From NCBI GenBank assembly GCA_963790305.1, contig CAWBOC010000008.1, positions 32,001 to 96,000 on the forward strand: a stretch of 64,000 nucleotides of DNA, written 5' to 3'. The notes beneath the pieces are model-generated. The model saw only the letters and a list, made by a program, of their open reading frames with translations, had not been told where the DNA came from and did not search any database. The translations under genes were made by a program, and so were the position numbers. Origin of the DNA: an uncultured Gemmatimonadaceae bacterium (GTDB taxonomy: Bacteria; Gemmatimonadota; Gemmatimonadetes; Gemmatimonadales; Gemmatimonadaceae). The stretch's first letter is position 1; the number at the start of each line of letters is the position of its first letter. Shown here one piece after another: positions 1 through 9,664 of this stretch.

Positions 1-773
1 ATTCGCCGGCGTACGCTCTGACCAGCGATCCAGCTGATGTTCTGGCGTTCGAGAATGCAGAGGCATTCACAAACGAGTGGTGGCTGGACGTGTATTGCCG
101 AGGGAGATATCCCGAGGTCCCACTTCGCTATTTGTGCGAACGAGGCCTGGGTCCAACGATCCAGGAAGGTGATCTGGAATTACTCCAGAGAGGAACGCCC
201 GACTTTCTCGGGGTGAACTACTATCAGACCCTGACCTATGAAGCCAATGCTCTGGATGGTGTTTCGGATGGAGCCATGAATACCACCGGGCAAAAGGGCA
301 CCGGCCAGGACACGGGAATTCCAGGGTTATACAAGACAGCGCGGAATCCACACCTCGAAACCACCAACTGGGACTGGGCGATCGATCCGGTCGGGTTACG
401 CATCGGGCTTCGGCGTGTGGCCAGCCGCTATCAGTTGCCGGTACTGATCACGGAGAATGGCCTGGGTGCGTTCGATGCTCTGGAGTCGAATGAGACCGTG
501 AACGACGAGTATCGAATTGCATATCTTCGCTCTCACATTGAGCAGTGTCAGCAAGCACTCACCGATGGCGTCGACCTCCTCGGCTACTGCGTATGGTCGT
601 TTACAGACGTGTTGAGCTGGCTCAATGGCTACCAGAAGCGATATGGATTGGTGTATGTGAATCGCGACGAAACCGATCAGAGGGATTTGAGACGAGTTCG
701 GAAGCGGAGCTTCCATTGGTATCGGGATGTCATCCGCACGAATGGGCAGAGTGTTGAGGCGGAATCTCGCTGA
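1..773 (+). CDS. Glycoside hydrolase family 1 (6-phospho-beta-glucosidase-like), 5' end outside window
   Basis: Frame open from base 3; FLGVNYY, nucleophile ITENG, W-S-x-x-D and GYQKRYGLVYV motifs. Confidence 0.9.
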   Translation, partial: SPAYALTSDPADVLAFENAEAFTNEWWLDVYCRGRYPEVPLRYLCERGLGPTIQEGDLELLQRGTPDFLGVNYYQTLTYEANALDGVSDGAMNTTGQKGTGQDTGIPGLYKTARNPHLETTNWDWAIDPVGLRIGLRRVASRYQLPVLITENGLGAFDALESNETVNDEYRIAYLRSHIEQCQQALTDGVDLLGYCVWSFTDVLSWLNGYQKRYGLVYVNRDETDQRDLRRVRKRSFHWYRDVIRTNGQSVEAESR

Positions 774-796
774 GACTCAGGACGAGCCGGGACGGT

Positions 797-1453
797 ATGT
801 CGGGAACAATGGATCTCGTACGGCGTCTCGAGGTCACCCGGGACGAAACGCTGAAGCTCTTCTCACTCGGCGACGACGACCTGGCGCGGACGTACGCGCC
901 GGGGAAATGGCCGGTTCGGTTCATCCTGCTGCACCTCGCTGACGCCGAGACGGTTCTCTTCGATCGCATCCGTCGGGTTTTGAGCGAGCCGAGGCAGGTG
1001 TTGTGGGTGTTCGATCAGGATGCGTGGGCAAAAGGGCTCGACTACTCTCGCGTGCCGCTCGACATCTCCGTCCGGGTGTACGAGGCGGTTCGGAATGCGG
1101 TCATCTACTACGTCCGGCTGTATTACGAGGAGAAGGGGCACCTCGAGTTCGTCCACAGCGTCACCGGCGTGCGAACTCTGAAGGACGAGTTCGACAAAGT
1201 CGCATCCCACAACCAGCATCACCTCGATCAAATCCGCGCGGCGTTACGGGACTCCTCTTCAGTCAGTGATCGCCCTGACGCCCAGCACGATTGCCGCGAG
1301 ACCGAGCACTTTCGCGACGCGCGCCATCCACGAAGTACGGACGGTCGGCGTCGCCGGCTTCGTCCAGATCACGATGCTCCCGCAGATCTGTCCCTCGAGG
1401 CCACGGCCTTCCATTCCCGTGGTGAACTGCGCCGGTACCCCGGGCCGGTGTAG
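797..1453 (+). CDS. DinB-like family protein; 3' end uncertain, domain ends near 1250
   Basis: YAPGKW..HLADAE..DRIRR and C-terminal HxxHH; tail overlaps the convergent gene, so a stop may be lost. Confidence 0.75.
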   Translation: MSGTMDLVRRLEVTRDETLKLFSLGDDDLARTYAPGKWPVRFILLHLADAETVLFDRIRRVLSEPRQVLWVFDQDAWAKGLDYSRVPLDISVRVYEAVRNAVIYYVRLYYEEKGHLEFVHSVTGVRTLKDEFDKVASHNQHHLDQIRAALRDSSSVSDRPDAQHDCRETEHFRDARHPRSTDGRRRRLRPDHDAPADLSLEATAFHSRGELRRYPGPV

Positions 1454-2745
1454 ATCTCGATGCCGGCGATCTCGTTAGGGTTCACCCAGCTGTCGATGGC
1501 ATCGGTGTCGAGGTCCCGCATGTAGGCGCCATCAATGTAGACGCCGGGCGCGCAGCTTTCGTCCATGGCCCCGCGCATTTGGATCTCGGTGTCGCCGTAC
1601 GGCGTGCGCTCCACACGAAGGCCCGGCACCATTCGAAACAAGTCGGAGGTGACCGTGGGCCTCTGCCGGGCGACGTCGGCGGGCGTGAGATAATGCCCAA
1701 GGCCGTTGCTCCGGCGCTCGTGAAAGTCCTTGAGATTCCGGTCCCGCACCGTCGAAGCGGTCACCGTGACAGTGTCGAGCACCGACTTCACGGTGTAGAG
1801 CGCGCTGCGCACAGGCGCCGCGCCTGCTATCACATCGACCGCTCGATGCTCGGGGAAGTAGCCCACTGCGCGAACCTCGAGCATCCTGGTGCCTAACGGC
1901 GCGTCGGTGAGCGTCCATTCGCCGCGCTCGTTGGCGCTGGTCTCCGGTCCGTCACGAATGCCTACCCGCGCACCGGCCACGGGCGCGCCTTCCACGGCCG
2001 TGACGACGACACCAGTGAGTCTCCCGTCTCCCGTGCGCCGATCGAGCGCGGGACCAATGTACAGATCACGCCTCGCGAATCGCTCCGCAAACACGTCCAC
2101 CTCGACCAGATCCGTACTGTCTGCGCCGCGGCTGGCCATGAGCGCGATCGTCCCCTTGGTCGGCACGTTACAAATGGCGAACCAGCCATTCTCCGCCGTC
2201 GTGACCGCGAGTCGCGGGATGTGGCGGCTGATTTTCCCCGCCGTGAAAGAAAGCTCGACCCACATCCCGACCACCTCGACTGCAGCCGCCGGCACATGGC
2301 TCCGCGCGCCACGAACCACCCCGATGACGACGGCCGCCGTGTCCGCCGCCCGCACTCCGCAGATGGTGGCGCGCAGGCGTGACGGAGACGGGATGGCGAG
2401 GTCGGCACGCACGGGCTGCTTACCCTCTACGTTTACCTCACGCAGCAGGGGCTCGACGCCAAGCGAATCGAGCATTGGATGGAAGAAGCCGAGCATGTAG
2501 CGGCCGGCCGGTACATCCGCGAGCGCGAATCTGCCTAGCGAGTCGGCGGTCACGGTGCGACCCAGCCGTGCCAGACTGTCGGCGGCGACGAGCTGCACGA
2601 TTGCGCCGGCGAGCGGTGCCCGAGCGATACTGTCGTGCACGACGCCGATGACGGTCGTGCGTAGGGCGTCACGGGTGGTATCGGGCGCCTGCGCGGCGGC
2701 CAGCCGGCCCAGCAAGACGACACCCAGCACGGGACAGAACCGCAT
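1259..2745 (-). CDS. Secreted protein with carboxypeptidase-regulatory-like repeats and a TonB-plug-like domain; frameshift near 1440
   Basis: Signal peptide; repeated GVV-D..P.AGA.V and ADSLGRF modules; SDLFRMVPGLRV, CAPGVYIDG, IAGIEIY; shifted frame continues VPAQF..CGSIVIWTK to TGA at 1259. Confidence 0.75.
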
Positions 2746-2896
2746 GGGACGAATCGCCTGGCGGTTGGATAGGAACACCAACATACAGCCGGGGCAGCGA
2801 GGGCGAGAGGCTGGCAATGTGTTTCTTCCCCACCGCCTCCCTGATGGAGCTTTCCGTTCGCATATTGAGCCCCCACACATTTGGAGACCATCCCTC

Positions 2897-3256
2897 ATGC
2901 GCAACCTCAGCAGCGCGGTGCCGCTGGTCGCAGTCGTCCTGGCCGGTTGCGCGGGAACGACTTCGGCACCCACACCATCCCCACAGGCGGCGTCCAACGC
3001 GCGAGGGAGACTGCCGGACGCATCCGCGGCGCCGAAGAACTATGTCTTCTTTTCTCGCGACCACGACCGCATTGCGGAGGCGAGCTTTCTCCAGCACGCA
3101 CAGATCGCCGGGGCGCAGCTCACCTACACGTGGCGGGAGCTGGAACCGCAACGGGATCGCTATGACCTGCAACCGCTCCGCGATCGCCTCGCATTTCTCG
3201 AGCGCCACGGCAAGCGCCTCCGTGCAGCTGCCTCCGCCGGTTGTAAGGTCCCGTGA
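2897..3256 (+). pseudogene. Lipoprotein fragment resembling a TIM-barrel glycoside hydrolase N-terminus, apparently truncated
   Basis: Lipobox LAGC; YTWRELEP..RYD motif; stops shortly after HGKRL. Confidence 0.45.
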
Positions 3257-3323
3257 CCGCCGTTGGCCTGGAGAGGTCTGCTCCGTGACGCCGCCGAGGG
3301 TTGTTATGCTCGCGAACCGTTGG

Positions 3324-3620
3324 ATGCCCCGCGCACTTCTTCTCACGGTTGTTCTGTCCGGTTGCGTAGTCCCGATGCACACGGGCGGTTACCGAAGCCC
3401 GGAGCCAGCAAAGGTGCTGGGGCGAAAGCTCGTCATCAGCAAGGAAGCGCCCCTCGACCTGGTGGCGGAGGACGGAACACGCTGCCAGACGTCGAAGGAC
3501 CGATTCGAGCGAACAAAGATCGGCTCGAAGGTCTGGTGTCTCTGGAGCGGAGATCCCATCCGCGACTCGTCCCGAGAACAGATCGTCTCTCGTGGCCGAA
3601 CGTTCGCCACGGCACATTGA
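3324..3620 (+). CDS. Small hypothetical lipoprotein
   Basis: MPRALLLTVVLSGC lipobox; TGA overlaps the next start (TTGA). Confidence 0.55.
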   Translation: MPRALLLTVVLSGCVVPMHTGGYRSPEPAKVLGRKLVISKEAPLDLVAEDGTRCQTSKDRFERTKIGSKVWCLWSGDPIRDSSREQIVSRGRTFATAH

Positions 3621-4555
3621 CCGGACGGTCCGGGACGCGCCTCATCGCCGCGGCGGCGCTGATCGGGCCCGCCTCGCTCGCGGTCGCGCAGACGCCGACG
3701 CCGCCCCCGGCGGCGCAGAATCCGTCGCCCATGGTCGAGGCGACGCGCGCGCACGAACGCCTCACCCAGCAGGAGGTCGCGGGCGTTAGGCGACCATTCC
3801 CGGGTCCGAGTGGCAGGCCGGTCGAGCTCCTGGTGCCCGACGGCGCACGAAGGCGCGACGTCATGGACCTCGTCATTCACTTTCACGGCGCCGCATGGCT
3901 TCCGCAGCAGGCGGTCGCCACGGTCGAGGGGCAGCCGATCTTGGCGGTGGTGAATCTCGGCGCCGGCTCGAGCGCATACCATCGCGCGTTCGCGGATCCG
4001 ACGGCGTTCGACTCCCTCCTGGCCGGTGTGACGCGCGAGGTGTCGCTGACAATCGGCACGGCGACACGCACCGGCCGCCTAACGCTGGTCGGATTCTCCG
4101 CCGGACACGGAGCCATCCGCGCCATCCTGCGCGAGCCTCGGCACTTCGCGGCCGTCAATGCCGTGCTGCTGCTCGACGGCATGCACACGTCCTACGTTCC
4201 CGAAGGCACGGTGCTCGCCGGCGGCGGCACCCTCGACACGACGAACCTCGTGGCGTTCGCCGACTTCGCCCGAGCGGCGATTCGGGGTGAGAAGCGATTC
4301 GTCATCACGCACTCGGAGATCTTTCCCGGCACCTTCGCCAGCACCACCGAAACGGCCGATTGGCTGCTGCGGGCGTTGAGTCTCCAGCGCACTCGCGTGC
4401 TGCGCTGGGGCCCGCGCGGCATGCAGCAGCTCAGCGAGGTCCGTGCAGGCAGGTTCGAGCTGCTCGGCTTCGCCGGCAATTCCGGACCGGACCACATCGA
4501 CCATTTGCACGCGATGCCCGAGCTGCTCGCACACACGCTGAAGCAGTCGAGATAA
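3617..4555 (+). CDS. Secreted alpha/beta-hydrolase-fold protein
   Basis: Signal peptide, IHFHG, nucleophile elbow GFSAG, LLDG, C-terminal His. Confidence 0.7.
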   Translation: MTGRSGTRLIAAAALIGPASLAVAQTPTPPPAAQNPSPMVEATRAHERLTQQEVAGVRRPFPGPSGRPVELLVPDGARRRDVMDLVIHFHGAAWLPQQAVATVEGQPILAVVNLGAGSSAYHRAFADPTAFDSLLAGVTREVSLTIGTATRTGRLTLVGFSAGHGAIRAILREPRHFAAVNAVLLLDGMHTSYVPEGTVLAGGGTLDTTNLVAFADFARAAIRGEKRFVITHSEIFPGTFASTTETADWLLRALSLQRTRVLRWGPRGMQQLSEVRAGRFELLGFAGNSGPDHIDHLHAMPELLAHTLKQSR

Positions 4556-4556
4556 C

Positions 4557-5078
4557 GTGGACCCAGTCACGCACCAGCACGCTTCGCTCGCCCTCGACAT
4601 CACACCGGAGTCCCTGACGAGCGACGTCGCCGCGACCCTCATCGCGGCGCTCAACGCGGAGCTTGCGGCCGGCTATCCGGAGCCCGGGGCTACCCACTTC
4701 CGTTTGGACCCCACCGACGTTGCTGCGGGCGCGGGCGTGTTCGTTGTCGCGCGATTGTCCGGCCGCCCGGTTGGGTGCGGCGCGCTCCGCTGTCTCCGCG
4801 AGCCCGCGCTCGTGCGCGAGCTGGGACCGGACGTCGGAGAGCTGAAGCGCATGTACGTCGCGCCCGAGGCGCGGGGTCATGGCATCGGGCGAGCACTGCT
4901 GGTCCGACTCGAAGACGAAGGACGCGCGCTCGGCCTCACCCGGCTGGTTCTCGAGACGGGAACCCGACAGGTGGAAGCGCTCGCCCTCTACCGAAATGCG
5001 GGCTTCACCGGGATTCCCCCGTACGGCGAGTACGTCGCCTCGCCGGGGACGAGCGTGTGCATGGCGAAGTCGTTGTAG
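4557..5078 (+). CDS. GNAT N-acetyltransferase
   Basis: VGCGAL, ELKRMYV.PEARGHGIG, LETG..Q.EA.ALY..AGF. Confidence 0.9.
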   Translation: MDPVTHQHASLALDITPESLTSDVAATLIAALNAELAAGYPEPGATHFRLDPTDVAAGAGVFVVARLSGRPVGCGALRCLREPALVRELGPDVGELKRMYVAPEARGHGIGRALLVRLEDEGRALGLTRLVLETGTRQVEALALYRNAGFTGIPPYGEYVASPGTSVCMAKSL

Positions 5079-5099
5079 GGAGTAGGCATCGCAGCGGCA

Positions 5100-5603
5100 C
5101 TAACTCGCGAGCGAGATAGCCACCTGCTCCAGCAGGTCCATGCCCTCCTGCATTCCCCCCTCCATCCCCGAGCGGATGATCATGTCGCGCTCTTGCTGGC
5201 TCGAGCACAGCGCACGAAGCGTGAGGATCGTGCGTCCGTTGTTGCTCTCGGTGAACGTCACCACGTTCAGCACCCCTTCCCCGTCGGGCGCCTCCGCCGT
5301 CTCGTAGACCTCGGTCGTCACGATCCGCTCGTTAGGTACGATCTCGCGGTAGGTCCCATGGAAGGCGACCTCGAACGTCCCGTGTGCCAGCATCACGTAG
5401 CGCCACATGCCGCCGACCCGCAGGTCGATCTGCGCGCTCGTCACCGTGCCGCGCTGGCCGGCCCACCAGCGCTTCACCAGCTCGGGCGTCGTCCACGCCT
5501 TGTAGACCAGGTGCTTCGGAGCCGCGAACTCCCGGGTGATCAGGATCTCGGTATCCGTCGGGAGCGTAATGCGGGCTGCGCCGCTACTCGCCATGGCCAC
5601 CAT
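5100..5603 (-). CDS. SRPBCC/AHSA1-like ligand-binding protein
   Basis: ITREFAAP..LVYKAWT.PEL..RWW, DLRVGG.WRY, GMEGGM. Confidence 0.9.
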   Translation of the reverse strand: MVAMASSGAARITLPTDTEILITREFAAPKHLVYKAWTTPELVKRWWAGQRGTVTSAQIDLRVGGMWRYVMLAHGTFEVAFHGTYREIVPNERIVTTEVYETAEAPDGEGVLNVVTFTESNNGRTILTLRALCSSQQERDMIIRSGMEGGMQEGMDLLEQVAISLAS

Positions 5604-5940
5604 GTGCATCCTCCGTGTCGTTGAGCTCGCCCAGTACCTCGTCGATCGCGTCGAAGCGCTCGTTCCATGTCTCCTCGAAGCTCGCGACCCAGTCGCGAAT
5701 CGGTTTGAGCGGCTGCCCATTGAGCCGATACATGCGCTGACGCCCCGCGTCGCGAACATCCACCAGGCCCACCTCTCGAAGAACGCGGAGGTGCTTCGAG
5801 ACCTGCGGCTGCGCCACGTGGAGAAGCTCGACAAGGTCGTTCACGGGCCGCTCCCCGTCGGCGAGGATATTCAGGATCTGCCGCCGTCGAGGTTCTGCCA
5901 CCGCGTTGAACGCGTCCGTGGTCGTCGCCGCTCTCGCCAT
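5584..5940 (-). CDS. ArsR/SmtB family transcriptional regulator
   Basis: FNAVAEPRRRQIL, QPQVSKHLRVLREVGLV winged HTH; typical ArsR-SRPBCC pair. Confidence 0.9.
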   Translation of the reverse strand: MARAATTTDAFNAVAEPRRRQILNILADGERPVNDLVELLHVAQPQVSKHLRVLREVGLVDVRDAGRQRMYRLNGQPLKPIRDWVASFEETWNERFDAIDEVLGELNDTEDAHGGHGE

Positions 5941-5946
5941 GGGTGT

Positions 5947-5974
5947 AATATATACCCATATCGGTATATGTCAA
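5947..5974 (-). promoter_or_regulatory. Sigma70-type promoter with overlapping palindromic operator (likely ArsR autoregulation)
   Basis: TTGACA-N16-TATATT, 6 nt before the ATG; near-palindrome ATATACCCATATCGGTATAT at 5950-5969. Confidence 0.7.
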
Positions 5975-6109
5975 GAGACTCCGCCGGGGCTGCTGGGCCA
6001 CGCGCTCTCAGGTACCTTCGGGGTCCTCCAACTCCTGCGTGCGTATGCGCCTCGCCCTCCGCCGCATCGAGTACGAAAAATCGCAAGCCGGGAGCGGGCG
6101 CGCGTCGCA

Positions 6110-6628
6110 ATGAGCCGCAACCTCCGTCTCGTTCCGTACGATCCGTCCTGGCCGGAACGCTTCCAGCGAGAAGCGGCGCGCTTGCATAAAGCCATCGGCC
6201 AGTGGGCGACGGCGATCGAGCACGTGGGGAGCACGGCGGTCCCCGGCCTCCTGGCGAAGCCCGTCATCGACATCGCGGTGGCAGTGGCGTCAGAGGCAGA
6301 CGCCGATGCCTGCGTTGCGCCGGCCACCGCGTTAGGCTATGAATATCGCGGACTTCATGGGGATGATCCTCGCCGACGCTATTACGTATTGAACGAGGAT
6401 GGCCGCCGTCTCGCGCACCTTCACCTCTACATCCTTCCGGCGCGCGCGTGGACGGAGCTTCTGGCGTTCCGCGACGCACTACGCACGACGCCGCAGCTCG
6501 CGGCTGCATACGCGCGAGAGAAGCGGCGGGTGGCGGATGAGGTCCAATGGGATAAGGCCGCGTATTCACTGGCGAAGGGACCGTTCATCTCGGCCGCGCT
6601 TGCGCGGCTTCGCGTAGAGACGCGGTGA
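6110..6628 (+). CDS. GrpB/UPF0157 family nucleotidyltransferase-like protein
   Basis: PYDPSWP..F..EA, IEHVGSTAVPGL.AKPVIDI, FRD.LR, Y..EK. Confidence 0.9.
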   Translation: MSRNLRLVPYDPSWPERFQREAARLHKAIGQWATAIEHVGSTAVPGLLAKPVIDIAVAVASEADADACVAPATALGYEYRGLHGDDPRRRYYVLNEDGRRLAHLHLYILPARAWTELLAFRDALRTTPQLAAAYAREKRRVADEVQWDKAAYSLAKGPFISAALARLRVETR

Positions 6629-8746
6629 GCTCCGTTCCCGCGCTTTGCGTCCTGACCGCGTTACTCGGCGTATTGGGGTGTGCGAAATCCGACGTGCCCC
6701 CTGGTGACTGGCGCGCCACCGGAAACGACGCCGGCAACACACGGTACTCGTCGCTCGATCAGATCAATCGCGACAACGTCGCGCAGCTGCGCGTGGCGTG
6801 GACGTATCGCTCTGGCGACCGGCCCAACGATGCTCGAACCGAGATTCAGGCGACGCCGATCGTCGTCGACGGCGTGCTGTACACGACGACGCCCGCACTC
6901 GCCGTCGTCGCCCTCCGCGCCGACAGCGGCACGCTGATCTGGCGCTTTGATCCCTTCGCGAACCGCGCTCGCGAGTCGCACGTCAACCGGGGCGTGGCGT
7001 GGTGGTCCGAAGGTGACGAGGCGCGAATCTTTTTTTCCGCCGGACGCCGCCTGTATGCGCTCGATGCACGCTCGGGACGTCCCATTCCAACGTTCGGTGA
7101 CTCAGGGTTCGTGGACCTCGCCGTCGGTCTGGGCCGCGACGTCGACGACGCCTTTCTCGTCGCCACGAGCCCGGGTGTCGGTCTACAAGGATCTCCTCAT
7201 TCAGGGGACTCGCGTCGGCGAGGGCGAAGGCTCGGCACCGGGACACGTTCGCGCCTATGACGTCCGCACCGGAGAGATTCGGTGGACCTTTCACACCATT
7301 CCCCGTCCCGGCGAAGTCGGTCACGACACCTGGCCCGCAGATGCGTGGCAGACCGCCGGAGGCGCGAACTCGTGGGCAGGAATGAGCGTGGACGTGGAAC
7401 GAGGCATCGTCTACGTCCCTACCGGCTCGGCCACGCCCGACTTCTACGGTGGCGACCGCATCGGCGCGAATCTGTTCGCCAACACGCTGCTTGCCCTCGA
7501 TGCGGAAACGGGAAGGCGCATCTGGCATTTCCAAACCGTTCATCACGACCTCTGGGATCGTGATCTCCCCGCCGCGCCTCAACTCCTTACGGTCACGCGA
7601 AACGGCTCTCGAGTGGACGCCGTCGCGCAGATCACGAAGAGCGGCTTTGTCTTTCTGTTCGATCGTGCATCGGGAGAGCCGCTCTTCCCGATCGAGGAGC
7701 GGCCGGTGCCTGCGTCGGAGCTGCCGGGGGAGCAGGCGTGGCCCACGCAGCCCGTTCCAGTTGCGCCGGCTCCCTTCGCACGGCAGGCAATGACCGAGAC
7801 GGACCTCGCCGATCTCTCGCCTACCGCCCACGCGGCGGCGCAGAAACGCTTTCGCGGCCTGCGATCGCAGGGTCTGTTCACGCCGCCGAGTCGTGAGGGC
7901 AGCATCGTGCTGCCCGGCTTCGACGGAGGCGGCGAGTGGGGCGGAGCGGCCGTCGACCGCGAGACGGGCGTGCTCTTCGTCAACGCGAGCGACGTTCCAT
8001 GGATCGCCGCAATGCGTGAGTCGGCGAAGCTTCCGCCTCCAGGTAGCCGGCCGCGATCCGGCGCCGCTGTGTACGCTGCCTCGTGCGCGAGCTGCCACGG
8101 CGTCAACCGACGCGGCAACGATCGAACGCCATCACTCATCGGAATCCGTGCACGCTCGTCAGCCGAGCAGATTCGGCAGGTGCTGGAGCGCGGGCAAGGC
8201 TTCATGCCATCGTTCGCGATGCTGTCCGAGGATGAGAAAGCCGGCGTGATCGCCTATGTGTTAGGCGAGCCCGCGCCGTCGCCGACGCCCGCCACGACGC
8301 CGGCGGCATCCCGGACGAGGCGCGCGACGGCCCCATTCGAGTTCGTGGGCTACGAGCGCTGGAGGGACTCGAGTGGGCTGCCGGCGATAAAGCCACCCTG
8401 GGGAACACTGACCGCGATCGATCTCAACACTGGTGAACAGCGCTGGAGAATCACGCTCGGTGAGCACCCAGCGCTCACTGCCTCGGCCAGCGGCACGGAG
8501 CAGTACGGCGGACCGATCGTGACGGCCGGCGGCCTGGTGTTCATCGCCGCTACGCAGGACGCGAAATTCCGCGCCTTCGATACGTCGACGGGAAAGCTAT
8601 TGTGGGAGACAACGTTGCCGGCGGCTGGCTACGCGACTCCCAGTACCTTCAGCGTGCGCGGCAGACAGTACGTCGTGATCGCCGCCGGCGGGGGAAAGCT
8701 CGGAACGCGATCCGACGACGCCTACATCGCGTTCACGCTTCCCTGA
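6625..8746 (+). CDS. PQQ-dependent dehydrogenase (glucose-DH-like) with embedded cytochrome c; frameshift near 7180
   Basis: RYSSLDQINRDNV..L.VAW, ATPIVVDG, GGANSW, HHDLWD.D, CASCH, PPWG.L.A.DL.TG. Confidence 0.9.
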
Positions 8747-8758
8747 TCACGACCCTAA

Positions 8759-9229
8759 CTAGAACCGCTCGCCCCGCGCCTCACGAGCCTGACTCCCTGC
8801 CCGCCGAGACGCCACACCAGCCACGGCAGGGCTGGGCCGCGCGTCGAGCGTACGCCAGAGGTTGTAGGCGAAAGTATAGGCCCCGGCCGCGGCGATCATA
8901 CCACCGCCAGCGAGAACGGGGATCCCGCTGGCACCCCAGTGCACCCGCGCCACGAAGCCGATCGCGAGCGCCGTCAGGCCAACGTTGGCGAGCCACCAGT
9001 GAACCCCTGCCAGCCTGCGGCTATGCAGCGGATTGCCGGTGAAACGCGGTATGACGTGATACGCGACGCCGAAGATCATCATCGCCACGAACCCTAACAG
9101 CGCCATATGCAGGTGCGCAGGTCGGTAGACGAGCCATGCGGGCCGAAGCGCCATGCCGACGCCGAGTGAGACGGCGAGCACCAGCCACCCGAGGCTCGCC
9201 TTGATGAACGCCTTTACGAACCAGTCCAT
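8759..9229 (-). CDS. Membrane protein resembling part of a heme-copper oxidase subunit I or NnrS-like domain; alternative start 9295
   Basis: About four TM helices; AHLH..LLGF..MMIFGVAYH.IPRF. Confidence 0.6.
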   Translation of the reverse strand: MDWFVKAFIKASLGWLVLAVSLGVGMALRPAWLVYRPAHLHMALLGFVAMMIFGVAYHVIPRFTGNPLHSRRLAGVHWWLANVGLTALAIGFVARVHWGASGIPVLAGGGMIAAAGAYTFAYNLWRTLDARPSPAVAGVASRRAGSQAREARGERF

Positions 9230-9291
9230 CACTCCACGCCTCCTGGCGCGTGCGACGGCGTCGGCCGCCGCCTGGCGAGGATCAATGACCT

Positions 9292-9504
9292 TCATCTCGC
9301 AACCGTCGCGCCGCTCGTTGCCGCTTCCAGCGCGCAGAGCAGCTCCTCGAGGTCCACGCCGTCGCGACGGGCCGCCTCGCCGAGCGCGGCAGCGCCGCCG
9401 CAGCAGGCATCGATTCCGAACGCATTGAGAACGAATACGGTCGCCGGATACAGGCGCAGCATCTCGTTGACGGTGATGCTGGCGTCGATTGGTCGATTGA
9501 TCAT
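9292..9504 (-). CDS. Stand-alone DUF542/ScdA_N domain protein
   Basis: TV.E....YP....VL..FGIDACCGG...L.EA....GVD. Confidence 0.85.
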   Translation of the reverse strand: MINRPIDASITVNEMLRLYPATVFVLNAFGIDACCGGAAALGEAARRDGVDLEELLCALEAATSGATVAR

Positions 9505-9664
9505 CTCAGAGATCCATGTGGGCCAACGTGCAAGTCGCCGGGTCGTTCGTCAGCAATTTGCGTCGGAGCCGTGCACGTCTCGGTCAGGGATGAGTGGAAG
9601 GCTGGTGGGGGGAAAGAGCGTTCCCGGTCGGGGATTTCCCTACCGTGCCGGTATTACGGCGCCG

